Shown here in pieces: positions 1 to 11,085 of a DNA stretch of 64,000 nucleotides (its first letter is position 1; every line of letters starts with the position of its first letter). The DNA comes from the human T2T-CHM13v2.0 reference genome, Homo sapiens: NCBI RefSeq assembly GCF_009914755.1, contig NC_060925.1; one strand, 5' to 3'. The notes beneath the pieces are model-generated. The model saw nothing but the letters and a program-made list of their open reading frames with translations, did not search any database and was not told where the DNA came from. The position numbers and the translations under genes were made by a program.

Positions 1-459
1 AAAGGCATAGAAAGACTTGCAATATATAATTTCAATAATCTGCAAAATCTTCCTCTAAGCGTATATTTACATTATTGATGGGAATATTTTCTTCTCATAT
101 CTAATCCTTGCCTATCTATGAGTTATTATTCACATATGTATAATCAATTGTAAAAGACAAAATAAAACTTTAAGGACTCAGACTATTGTATCCCATGTCT
201 TCATAATAACGTCGATGTTAAAAATAGTAATCAGAACAATAAATTATATCATATTGTAATGTCCACTGGTTATCTTCGGGATATGTTCTTCATAAAATAT
301 ACAAATGTCTCTTTATAAGTTATTTTCTAAGTAGAGAGAGAAACAAAACTATGTGAACAAAATAACATTTTGAGTAGAAACTGGATATAATGCCATTATG
401 CCAAGAAGCCTTGTAATGAATTGGGTTTAAAGGAAAATTACAGTTAAGAAACAATTTGT

Positions 460-812
460 CATGTCCTTTGTAGGGACATGGATGAAGATGGAAACCATCA
501 TTCTCAGCAGACTATCGCAAGGACAAAAAAACAAACACCGCATGTTCTCACCCATAGATGGGAACTGAACAATGAGAACACATGGACACAGGGAGGGGAA
601 CATCACACACTGGGGACTGTTGTGGGTTGGGGGCAGGGCGGAGGGATAGCATTAGGAGATATACCTGATGCTAAATGACGAGTTAATGGGTGCAGCACAC
701 CAGCATGGCACGTGTATACACATGTAACTAACCTGCACATTGTGCACATGTACCCTAAAACTTAAAGTATAATAATAATAAAAGAATGGCTCTGACAAAA
801 AAAAAAAAAGAA
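460..812 (+). mobile_element. 5'-truncated LINE-1 3' end (L1PA3-like) with poly(A) tail and 14-bp TSD
   Basis: L1 ORF2 end/3'UTR (atgtcctttgtagggacatgg...gacgagttaatgggtgcagcacaccagcatgg...accctaaaacttaaagtataat). TSD AAGAAACAATTTGT at 446-459 and 813-826; TT|AAGA endonuclease-type site. Confidence 0.95.
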
Positions 813-1164
813 AAGAAACAATTTGTTACAAAGCTTCTCAGCACAATGAATTTGTATCCCCTCTCTGCTCAAAACTGATCTATTGTGTGGGAGTTTTGGT
901 GGGGTAAGAGAACATACCATACACTCTTATTTGTTTCGTTTTATGATGTCCCAAACGATGGTCTTTCTGTGTTGGAATCAACAGGCATCTTTAGAGTAGG
1001 TGACCAAGTTCATTATATAAATGGGAATGTCTTTTATTCACCACATAATGTTTTTATTTATTATTATTAATCTACTCATGAAACATCGTTCGTCATCCTT
1101 TTATTTTTGTCTCTTTAAAACAATGTTCTTACACTTTTTAAAGTTTAATTTAATTTTGTTTTCA

Positions 1165-2058
1165 TTTTAAGTTCTGGGCTACATGTGCAGGATGTGCAGA
1201 TTTGTTACATAGGTAAACGTGTGCCATGGTGGTTTGCTGCACCTATCAACCCATAACCTAGGTGTTAAGCCCAGCATGCATTAGCTATTTATCCTAATGC
1301 ACTCCCTCCCCTCACCACCACCACCACCCCGACAGGCCCCAGTGTGTGTTGTTCCCCTTGCTGTGTCCATGTGTCCTCATTGTTCAGCTCCCATTTATAG
1401 GTGAGAACATGCAGTGTTTGATTTTCTGTTCCTGTGTTAGTTTGCTGAGGATAAAGGTTTCCAGCTCCATCCATGTCCCTGCAAAGGACAGGATCCTTTT
1501 TATGACTGCATAGTATTCCATGTTGTATAGGTACCACATTTTCTTTATCCAGTCTATTATTGATGGTCATTTGGGTTAATTTCATGTTTTTGCTATGTGA
1601 ATAGTGCTGCAAATAACATATGTATGCATTTATCTTTATAATAGAATGATTTATATTCCTTTGGGTATATACCCAGTATTGGGATTGCTGGGCCAAGTGG
1701 TATTTCTGGTACTGGATCTTTGAGGAACCACCACACTGTGTTCCACAATGGTTGAACTAATTTGCATTCCAACCCACAGTGTAAAAGCGTCCCTATTTCT
1801 CTGCAACCTTGCCAGCATCTGTTGTTTCTTGACTTTTTAATGATTTGCCATTCTGACTGGCATGAGTTGGTATCTCATTGTGGTTTTGATTCGCATTTCT
1901 CTAATGATCAGTGATGTTGAGCTTTTTTTCCATGTTTGTTGGCTGCATAAATGTCTTCTTCTGAAAAGTGTCTGTTCATGTCTTTTGCCCACTTTTTAAT
2001 GAGGTTCTTTGTTTTCCTCTTGAAAATGTGTTTAAGTTCCTTGTAGATTCTTGGTATT
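1165..2058 (-). mobile_element. 5'-truncated LINE-1 3' portion (older L1PA, ~PA11-15 class)
   Basis: Reverse-complement L1 3'UTR (gctacatgtgcaggatgtgcag...aagcccagcatgcattagc) and ORF2 C-terminal sequence; T-rich tail at ~1135-1168. Confidence 0.9.
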
Positions 2059-2385
2059 AAACAGAATGTGCCTTGCACATTTTAAATTCAACACAGACAT
2101 TCATGACAGAAAAGTTACGTTTGAGAGCATTAAATAAAATAATCAGCCCAACGAAAAATAATCACCAATAATTTAGATGTATTCACTGCTGTGGTAAAAT
2201 AATATGGTACAATGTCTATGGAAGATCTGTAATTAGATTCAATATGTATTTGATAACTAGATAAATTATATTTACTAGGTTTTACTTTAATATTGATTTG
2301 CAAATTTAGTAAGTATACTCTTCTGGTGGTACTCTTTATAGAGCGGGAGTTAGGTTCTTCTATATTCCCATAAAAAATGTTTCTT

Positions 2386-2960
2386 TCTATCGCTGATGGA
2401 AATTTGGGTTGTTTCCAAGTCTTTGCTATTGTGAATAGTGCCGCAGTAAACATACATGTATATGTGTCTTTATAGCAGCATGATTTATAATCCTTTGGGT
2501 ATATACCCAGTAATGGGATGGCTGGGTAAAATGGTATTTCTAGTTCTAGATCCCTAAAATGTGGCACATATACATCATGGGATACTATGCAGCCATAACA
2601 AAGGATGAGTTCATGTCCTTTGTAGGGACATGGATGAAGCTGAAAACCATCATTCTCAGCAAACTATCACAAGGACCAAAAGCCAAACACCACATGTTCT
2701 CACTCACAGGTGGGAATTGAACAATGAGAACACTTGGACACAGGAAGGGGAACATCACACACCGGGGACTGTCATGGGGTTGGGGGAGGGGGGAGGGATA
2801 GCATTAGGAGATATACCTAATGTGAATCACGAGTTATTGGGTGCAGCACACCAACATGGCACATGTATACATATGTAACAAACCTGCACGTTGTGCACAT
2901 GTACCCTAGAACTTAAAGTATAATAAAAAAAGAAGCCAGTTTGAAAATAAAAAATAAATT
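2386..2960 (+). mobile_element. 5'-inverted (twin-primed) LINE-1, L1PA5/6-like; inverted part 2386-2555, sense part 2556-~2930
   Basis: Antisense L1 sequence switches to sense at tccct|aaaatgtggcac. Near-identical TSD AAAAAA(T)GTTTCTTTC at 2372-2387 and 2961-2975. Confidence 0.93.
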
Positions 2961-5423
2961 AAAAAAGTTTCTTTCATTAGAATAACTTAATATTAAGCCC
3001 TGCCTCTTTCTTGGTAGAAATTATAACATCTATATATCCTAAGACCAACTCAGTTCCATGTTTCATTATGCAGCTGTCATTGTAAAAGTGTGCATAATCT
3101 GATCTAATATAATACTTAAAATGCAAAGACATTTGACCACACACCTGCTTAAGGTACTATATAGGATGCTCTACTGGAACATTTTTAGAGTCTAATGAGT
3201 TCATAAGGAAAACAACATAGAGTCAAAAGTCCTGACTCAGGACTTTAACCTTCTGAAAAGTCCATATTTACGGTGAAAGTTGAAAATCATTTAAAATTTT
3301 ATAACATATTCTTTTTTTTTCTATAAAATACCTGTCAAAGTAATATTCACAAAACATTGCAGTTGACCATCTTAATATCTTCAAGGAAGTTTACTTTCTT
3401 TTTATTCTTAATAGTCACTTACTAGAGAAAAACATCGAAAGAACCATGTTGTCTTTCTCAACTTTCCTTTTTGCCTCTACTTTCTGGCAGACAAATAAAC
3501 TCCAATGCTCTTCAAGACATAAGCAAGTTAGCGATATTGCATTCGCTCTCCAATGTGTTCATGCTGTGAGAACATTTCTACTTATTTTAGAATATTAAAA
3601 TAGAAGTATATAATTCATTTGCTATAAGCAACAGCATGACATTTTGAACCACATTGAAGTTAAAAAGCAAAACAAAACATAACAGTTTGAGTTCTACTTT
3701 ACATTATTTATCTTTGGTATAGAATATGGAACCAGGGATTATATAGTTATTTTTTAAAAGAGAAAACAACTACATTGTTCAGACATGTTTTAAAAGTCTA
3801 ACCTGCAGGATCAATTTCACTGAAGTGATTGCAGTCCAATTTTCTATACCTTTTCTCATGTCAAATATTCCAGGAAAGGAGAATAGAATAATATCTATAA
3901 AAAGTAGCATGTTAGATGGAAAAGTAACAACTACATTAGTCTTCTGCCCATAAAAGTGAAGTTGGGTATACATAGTAGTGTTAGCTATATGATGATATTA
4001 GAGAGAATGATGATTCTTAAAAATATTATGTAGTACTCCTGTAAATGATCAAATTGATTTAATTGTCTAATAATATCTATGATAATGTATAAATGCAACA
4101 TATGTTACTGATTTTAAAATAATAGTTCCATAAACATCTGTGCAGTGCTTTTTATTTTGCAAAGCAATTCTACATACATGATATCCCTTAATGTAGTATC
4201 AAAACAGACTCCTAATAAGACTAATAGCTACTATTTGAACCCACCTTTTCATTTATGTCCCCATGTTTTGCCTTAATAAGTAAAAAGAATTTAAAACAAC
4301 AGTAGAGTATTATTACATAAAACATCAGCTAGTTCGTGGTAAATTATAGTAAATTGTTGAAAAAAGAAAAATGTATTTTACAACTTATTAACCTTTTAAA
4401 AAATATCAATATGAGGTGTAGATGTTGCAATAGTAACCACACACAAATACATGCACACAGAATTTTCCTCCTTTTTTATTATTCTGAAATAAATTAACAT
4501 TATTGTATGATATATAGGGGTTGAATACCCAGCTTAACTCTATCGTATGTTTGTCTTAAATAACCTAGAAAATACTGACTAGATACATTTTCCCCAATTA
4601 ACAAAACTAAATTTTGTGAAATTATGTTATTATTGGAAAATTATTACACTTCTAAAAAGTTACATAATGGTAGCACTGTGTAAAATTTTTAACTTGATAA
4701 GTATGTAAATTATGTACTGTGAAAAATTATCTTTTGCTCTGCATTTATCTTAATATTTTATTTATTAAATATTATTCAATAAATAATAACTATAGGTTTA
4801 ATCTACATGTATAAAGCTTGAATTTTACTTGAAGGTCCATTCTCATAAGAGTTTATGAGTTATGCAGAGATCTGAGTTCTGGACTACCTTTTGGTATTAA
4901 TATCGGAACTTCATCTTACAAAGCTTACTTCAGGACATTAAATATAAAATAATCTATTTTTTGATGTTTAGGCCTTCAATGAATTTTTTTGGATTCATGT
5001 GTATGTTAATTTAATTTTATTACTACTGAATTTATATCACTACTTTATACACAGTTTCAAATATGCTAATTTTATGACTTTTACCATTTACTTAGAGCAT
5101 AATACTTTCTTAGAAGACATTTCATGGTTATAAAGATAGTATAGCTATTTTGTAAAGATATTTGAAGCCAAGGGTGATGAGAATTTGTAAAATATGTTGA
5201 ACAAGAGTCGTTCAGAATAAATTCTCCCTCTTCTGTAATGTGTCTTTTACAAATTTGTCATGGGCAATTGTTGTTTCATGGGCTATCAGAAGCCTCTTTC
5301 ATTTGATTTATTTTACAGACACCCAAAATGTTTAATTTAGATATACTTTTTTTTTATTTATTTCTAATTGATGCATAATAATTCCATTTGGAGTGTAATA
5401 AGTTGTATTCATCATTTTGCAGG

Positions 5424-5427
<4 letters not shown>

Positions 5428-5465
<38 letters not shown>
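5428..5465. repeat. (GT)19 microsatellite in place of the Alu tail
   Basis: Perfect dinucleotide run abutting the 3' end of a minus-strand Alu. Confidence 0.97.
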
Positions 5466-5467
<2 letters not shown>

Positions 5468-5748
5468 CTTGAGATGGATTCTCCCTCTGTCACCCAGACA
5501 GGAGTGCAGTAACATGATCTTGGCTCACTGCAACCTCTCCTCCTGGGCTCAAGTGATTCTCCCGCCTCAGGTTCCTGAATAGCTGGCATTACAGGCATGT
5601 GCCACCATGCTTGGCCAATTTTTGTATTTTTGTAGGGATGGGGTTTCACCATGTTGGCCTTGCTGGTCTCGAACTCCTGACCTCAGGTGATCCTCCCGCC
5701 TGGCCTCCCAAAAGGGTAGGATTACAGGTGCAAGCCACCGCACCTGCC
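5466..5748 (-). mobile_element. Alu (AluS class)
   Basis: Dimeric Alu reverse complement (ggagtgcagt...cctcaggtgatcctcccgcc...gattacaggtg); no TSD found. Confidence 0.95.
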
Positions 5749-6037
5749 TTATGAAATGGGCTTTCCAGTTTATCTGCACCATCTTGTCTGCTCTTTACTG
5801 TACATATGGCTGACAAAGAAAAGGGAAGAGGGAATTGCCATGTTGAACATGTCTAGTTCTTAGTTCCTGCAGGTATTCACCAGCGCAGGCTCCCAGCGTG
5901 CTTGTCTATATCTGCGGCTGGACTTTACAGGCTGCTCTTTGTTAGAAAATGATTTGGGGCTGCTTTTCATTAAAGAGAAAAGCCTTACAAAGGACTCCCT
6001 CACTATCCTAAGGGATTTCTTCTTAACTCCTATATCA
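5749..6037 (-). mobile_element. ERV1 LTR 5' portion (MER50-like), truncated
   Basis: Reverse complement begins TGATATAGGAGTTAAGAAGAAAT...TAGTGAGGG...AATGAAAAGCAGCCCCAAATCATTTTCTAACAAAGAGCAGCCTGTAAA, matching my recollection of the MER50 start. Confidence 0.7.
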
Positions 6038-6408
6038 AAATGTGATTCCCAGTGTTGAGGTGGGACCTGGTGGGAGGTGATTGGATCATGGGCTGGATCC
6101 CTCATAAATGGGTTAGCACCATCCCCTTGGTAATAAGTGAGTTCTCTCTCAGTTAGTTCATGCACCTTCTAGTTTAAAAGTCTGATACCTCCCAGCCTTT
6201 CTCTCTTGCTCCCACTCTCACCACATAATGTGCCTGCTCCCGGTTAACCTTCCACCATGATTATAAACTTCCTGAGGTCCTCAGCAGAAAGAGATGCTGG
6301 CACCATTTCCTGTATATCTGGCAGAACTGAAAGCCAATTAAACCTTTTTTCTCTATAAATGACCCAGTCTTGGGTATTCCTTTATAGTAATTCGAGCAGA
6401 TTAATACA
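6038..6408 (+). mobile_element. MaLR LTR (MSTB-like), missing its first ~40 bp
   Basis: gtgttgaggtgggacctggtgggaggtgattggatcatggg...ttccaccatgattataaacttcctgagg...ccaattaaacc...ttaataca terminus. Confidence 0.85.
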
Positions 6409-6549
6409 GCACTTTTTTAGGAAATAATCATTTTATTTTAGGAAATTATAATTTCATTCATTAAATATTAGTGTTGATGATTTCAGTAAACATTAAATTA
6501 ATATTTTTCTATTAGAAGAAAACTACTTCTATATTTTTGAAAATAAAAT

Positions 6550-7250
6550 TGTATTAGTTTCCTAGGACTGCTGAAAGAAATAACACAAACATAGCTACTT
6601 ACCCAACACAAATTAATTGTCTGACCGTTTTTGCATGTTAGAAGTCCAGCATGATGTGGCTAGGTTATCCGCTAAGTATATCTTAAGACACATAAGGCAT
6701 TGCTAGAGCTACATTATTGTTGGGAGGGTCTGAGGAAAAAAACAAACAAACAAACAAACAAACAAAAATATCTGTTCCAAACTCCTTGTTTGAAGAATTT
6801 TCCTGGGCCTGTAGAAATAAGAGTCCCCATGTTTTTTGCTGGCTATTAGGTGGATATCACTCTCAATTCCTAAAAGTTGCCCACTTTTTTTGTTTTTATT
6901 TTGTTTTGGTTTGTTTTTATCAGACCCTGTCTCCTATTCATATATCCACATTTTTTTTTTTTTTTGCCATATGTCTTCCTCCATCTTCAAGCCAATCATG
7001 GGGTGTCAAACACTTACACTCTCAGTCTCTGACTTAGTATCTCATGACCAGCCAGAGGAAGCTCTGCTTTTAAAGCACCTAAGCCTTTGAATCTGGCCCA
7101 GAGGAATAATCTGTTAAAACCAATTTAGCTACCTAACATAATCACAAGAAAAAGATTCATCATATTCATAATCCCAGAAATTATAAAGGGAGCACACATC
7201 AAGAGAAAGCAAAGTGTATTAGAAGCCATCTTATAATTCTCTGCACTATG
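6550..7250 (-). mobile_element. Old MaLR LTR (MLT1 family) with internal (AAAC)n
   Basis: Begins tgtattagtttcctaggactgct... (MLT1 3' terminus reversed); tagaagtccagcatg, ctccatcttcaagcc motifs; diverged. Confidence 0.7.
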
Positions 7251-7671
7251 GTAGTCAATACATAGAAATATAGTGGAAAAGCTATTTGTACTTTCTTTAT
7301 CCAAAAATAAAGACGTCTGGGATATTTGGGAATATTTTATCAAGTATAATTTAAAAAAATGTTTTTACATAATTATCACTTTACATATAAATGTATCTTT
7401 TTAATTAATGTACACAAGCATTTTCAATATTATGAAATATTTTTATAATCCTTTAAAATTGGATGAAGCACTGATTTTTGACCATAGGAAAATGAAATTT
7501 TTATTATTATTTTTCTTGTTCTGGATTCTCTACTTCATTAAATCATCTAGATGTAGATATATAAATATGATAAATTAATTGTTAATAAGGAATAATTCAA
7601 TATTTCATTTGATATTTATTACTGTATTGCCACAGCAACGGATTTCATAACTCTGTATCTGAGCAGAATCC

Positions 7672-7989
7672 ACCAATCTATTCTCTAACTTCATGAGATT
7701 CACTTTTTTAGTTCCCACCTGTGAGTAAGAATATGTGATACTTGTCTTGCTGAGCTTGGCTTATTTCACTCATCATAGTGGCCTCTAGTTCCTTAGATGT
7801 TGTTGTAAGTGACAGGATTTTATTCTGTTTTATGGCTGAAGAATATTCTATTGTGTATTTCATTTTCTTTATTCATTCATCTGCTGATAGATACTTAGGT
7901 TGATTCTATGCCATGGCCATTGTGAGTAATGCTTCAATAAACAGGGGAGTGCAGATATCTCTTTGATATACTGATTTCCTTTCTTTCTG

Positions 7990-8024
<35 letters not shown>

Positions 8025-11000
8025 GAGAGAGGCAGAATCTCACTCTGTCACCCAGGATGGAGTGTGGTGGCGTGATCATAGCTTACTGTAACCTCAAACT
8101 CCTGGGATCAAGCAGTCCTCCCACCTCAGCCTCCAAAGTAGCTACGACTACAGGCAAGCACCACCTAATTTAATCTTTTTATTTTTTTAAAGACAAGCTC
8201 TTGCTATGTTAACCAGGATGGTGTAGAAATCTTGGCCTCAAGCAATCATTTTGCCTCCACCTCCCTAAATGTTGGGATTACAGGTGTGGGCTACCACACT
8301 TGTCAAATGATTTCCTTTCTTTTGGACATATAAACATCAATGGGATTTCTGAATAATATGGTAGCTCTATTTTTACATGTTTACAGGAACCTTATACTGT
8401 TCTCCATAGTGGCTGCCTTAATTTACATTTCTACCGTCAGTGTACAAGAATTCCCCTTTTCTACCTCCTCACCGGTATCTGTTATTTTTGATACCTTTTT
8501 GATATAAACCATTTCGATACAAGCCATTTTAACTGGGATGAGATGATATTTGATTGTGGTTTTGATTTGCACTTCTTTGATGATTAGTGATGTTGAACAT
8601 TTTTCCATATATGTATGGGCCATTTGTATGTCTTCTTTTGAGAAATATCTGCTCAGATCTTTTGCCAATTTTTAAAATCAGATTATTTGCTTTTTTTAAA
8701 AAAAACTATTGAGTTGTCTGAGCTCCTTATATATTCTGGTTATTAGTTCCTTGTCAGATAGATAGTTTGCAAATATTTTCTCTTACTCTGTGTGTTGTCT
8801 ATTCACTTCTCTAATTGTTTCCTTTGCTGTGCAGAAGCTTTGTTAGATTGATGTAATCACAGCTGTCTACTTTTGCTTTGGTTGCCTGGGGTTTTCAGGT
8901 CTTAAACACACACAAAAAATCTTTTTCCAGAGCAATATCCTGGAGTTTTCCCCCAGTGTTTTCCTCCAGTAGTTTTATAGTTTCAGATCCTACATTTCAG
9001 TTTTTAAACCATGTTTTACTTTCATTTATTGGTTGGTGAGATACAGGTGTCTAGTTTTATTCTTTTGCATAAAGTTATACAAAAGTCTATATATACCAGT
9101 ACCATTTACTGAAAGTACTTGCCTGTTCTTGGTGCCTTTGTCAAAGATGAGTGGGTTGTAAATGTATGGATATATATCTGGGTTCTCTATTCTGCCCCAT
9201 TGGTCTATGTGCCTGTTTTCAGTCCAATGCCATGATACTTTGGTTATTATAGCTTTATAGTAAATTTTAAAGTCAGATAGTGTGATGCCTCCAGCTTTGT
9301 TCTTTTGGTTCAGAATTACTTTAGCTATTTGGGGTTTCTTTCTTATGGTTCCATATAAATTTGGGGATTTTTTTTCTCTTTCTGTGAAGAATGTCATGAA
9401 TATTTTGATAAGATTGCACTGAATCTGTAAACTGATTTTGATAGTGTTGCCATTTGAACATTAATTTTTTTAATTCATGAGCATGTAATATCTTTTCATT
9501 TTTCTCTGATGAAAAAGTGCTCAACATCACTCATCATCAAAGAAATGAAAATCAAACCACAACGAAATATCAACCCACCCCAGTTAAAGTGGCTCATATC
9601 AAAAAGACAGGCAATAATAGATACTGGTGAGGAGATGGAAAAAGGGGAATCCTTGTACACTGTTGGTAGAAATGTAAATTAGTAAATCCACTGTGGAGAA
9701 CAGTAAATTCCATTGACATATTTTATCTATGTTCATCAGGAATGTTGGCCTGTAATTTTCTTTTTGTTTTGAAGAAATTATATTTCTTTCATCTGAGTTT
9801 TATAGTTTTTCTTGGATAGATCTTTCACATCATTAGTTAGATTCCTACATATTTTATATTTTTGTAGCTATTGTAAATGTGATTGCTATCTTGATTTCTT
9901 TTTCAAATTGTTCCCTATTGGTGTGTATAAATGCAACTGTTTTTGTATGTTAATTTTGTATCCTGCAACTTTACTGAATTTATCAGTTTTAACAGGTTTT
10001 TGCTTTTGTTTTTTCTGGAATCTTTAGGTTTTTCTAGAAGATCATGTCATCTTCAAATCAGGCTAATTTGACTTCTTCCTTTCCAATTTCGATGCCCTTA
10101 TTTCCTTTTTTGCCTAGTTGCTCTGCCAAAGACTTCCAGGGTTATGTTGGGTAACAGTGGTGAAAAGTGAGCTTCCTTGTCTCCTTCCACTATTTATAGG
10201 AAAGGCCTTCAATTTTTCCCTATTCAAAATGATGTTAACCATGGGTTCATCATATATGACCTCTATTATTTTGATGTATTTTCCTTGTCTTTCCATTTTG
10301 ATGAGGATTTTTATGATAAAATGTGTTGAATTTTATCAAATGCTTTCTGATGGCATATATTGAAATAGAAATCATATGATTTTTGTTCTTGATTCTGTTA
10401 ATGTGGTGTATTATATTTATTGATTTGCATATATTGAAACATCCTTGCATCTCTGGGACGAATCCCACTTGATCATGGTGAGTAATCTTTTTAATGTGTT
10501 GTTGAATTTGGTTTGGTAGTATTTTGTTGAGAATTTTTGTATCTATGTTCATCAGGGATATTGACCTGTAGTTTTCTTTTGTTGTTGTGTCCTTGTCTGG
10601 TTTTGGTATCAGAGTATGCTGATCTTTTTGAATGAGTTTGGAAGTGTTCCTTCCTTTTCAATTGTTTTGGTAAATTTGAGGTAGAATTAGTATTGGTTCT
10701 TCTTTAAATGTTTGGTGGAATTAATCAGTGAATCTACCAGGTACTGGATTTTTCTTTGAGATTTTAACATCAGGCTTAAATCTCCTCATTATTGGCCTTC
10801 GTTTTCTATTTCTTCATGGCTCAATCTTGGTAGGTTGTATGCATTCAGGAATTCATTCGTTTCTTCTAGGTTTTCAAGTTTGTTGGCATACAGTTGATCA
10901 TTATAATCTCTTAGCCTCTTATAATGATTCTTTGTATTTCTGAGGTCTCAGTTGTTTGTGTCTCCTTTTTTGTTTCTAATTTTAATTATTTGGATCTCTC

Positions 11001-11085
11001 TTCTCTTTTTTAGTCTATATAAGGGTTCATCTCTTTTGTTTATCTTTTTAGAAAAACAACTTTTCATTTTATTGATCTTTTCTTT
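7672..11085 (-). mobile_element. LINE-1 (L1MA class) ORF2/3'UTR fragment, interrupted by an AluJ and by an out-of-order L1 patch at ~9506-9780
   Basis: ORF track gives degenerate ORF2 peptides ([12 protein letters not shown]..., [18 protein letters not shown]..., [11 protein letters not shown]...); L1MA-type 3'UTR. Confidence 0.92.
7987..8307 (-). mobile_element. AluJ nested in L1MA, 15-bp TSD
   Basis: AluJ diagnostics (gatcatagcttactgtaacctcaaactcctggg..caagcagtcctcccacctcagcc); TSD TGATTTCCTTTCTTT at 7972-7986 and 8308-8322; ~30-nt poly(T). Confidence 0.95.

Noticed and set aside
624-645. G-quadruplex-like G tracts in L1 3'UTRs
   Set aside because: A known generic feature of L1PA 3'UTRs, not specific to this locus.
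1121-2085. Possible TSD for the 1165-2058 L1 (AATGTTCTTACACTTTTTAAA / AATGTGCCTTGCACATTTTAAA)
   Set aside because: Several mismatches and an indel in AT-rich sequence; suggestive only.
478-2878. Similar short ORFs 'MDE..NHHSQQTI' (478-678, 2630-2878; also 17485, 40182)
   Set aside because: Alternative-frame translations of the L1 3' end, not a gene family.
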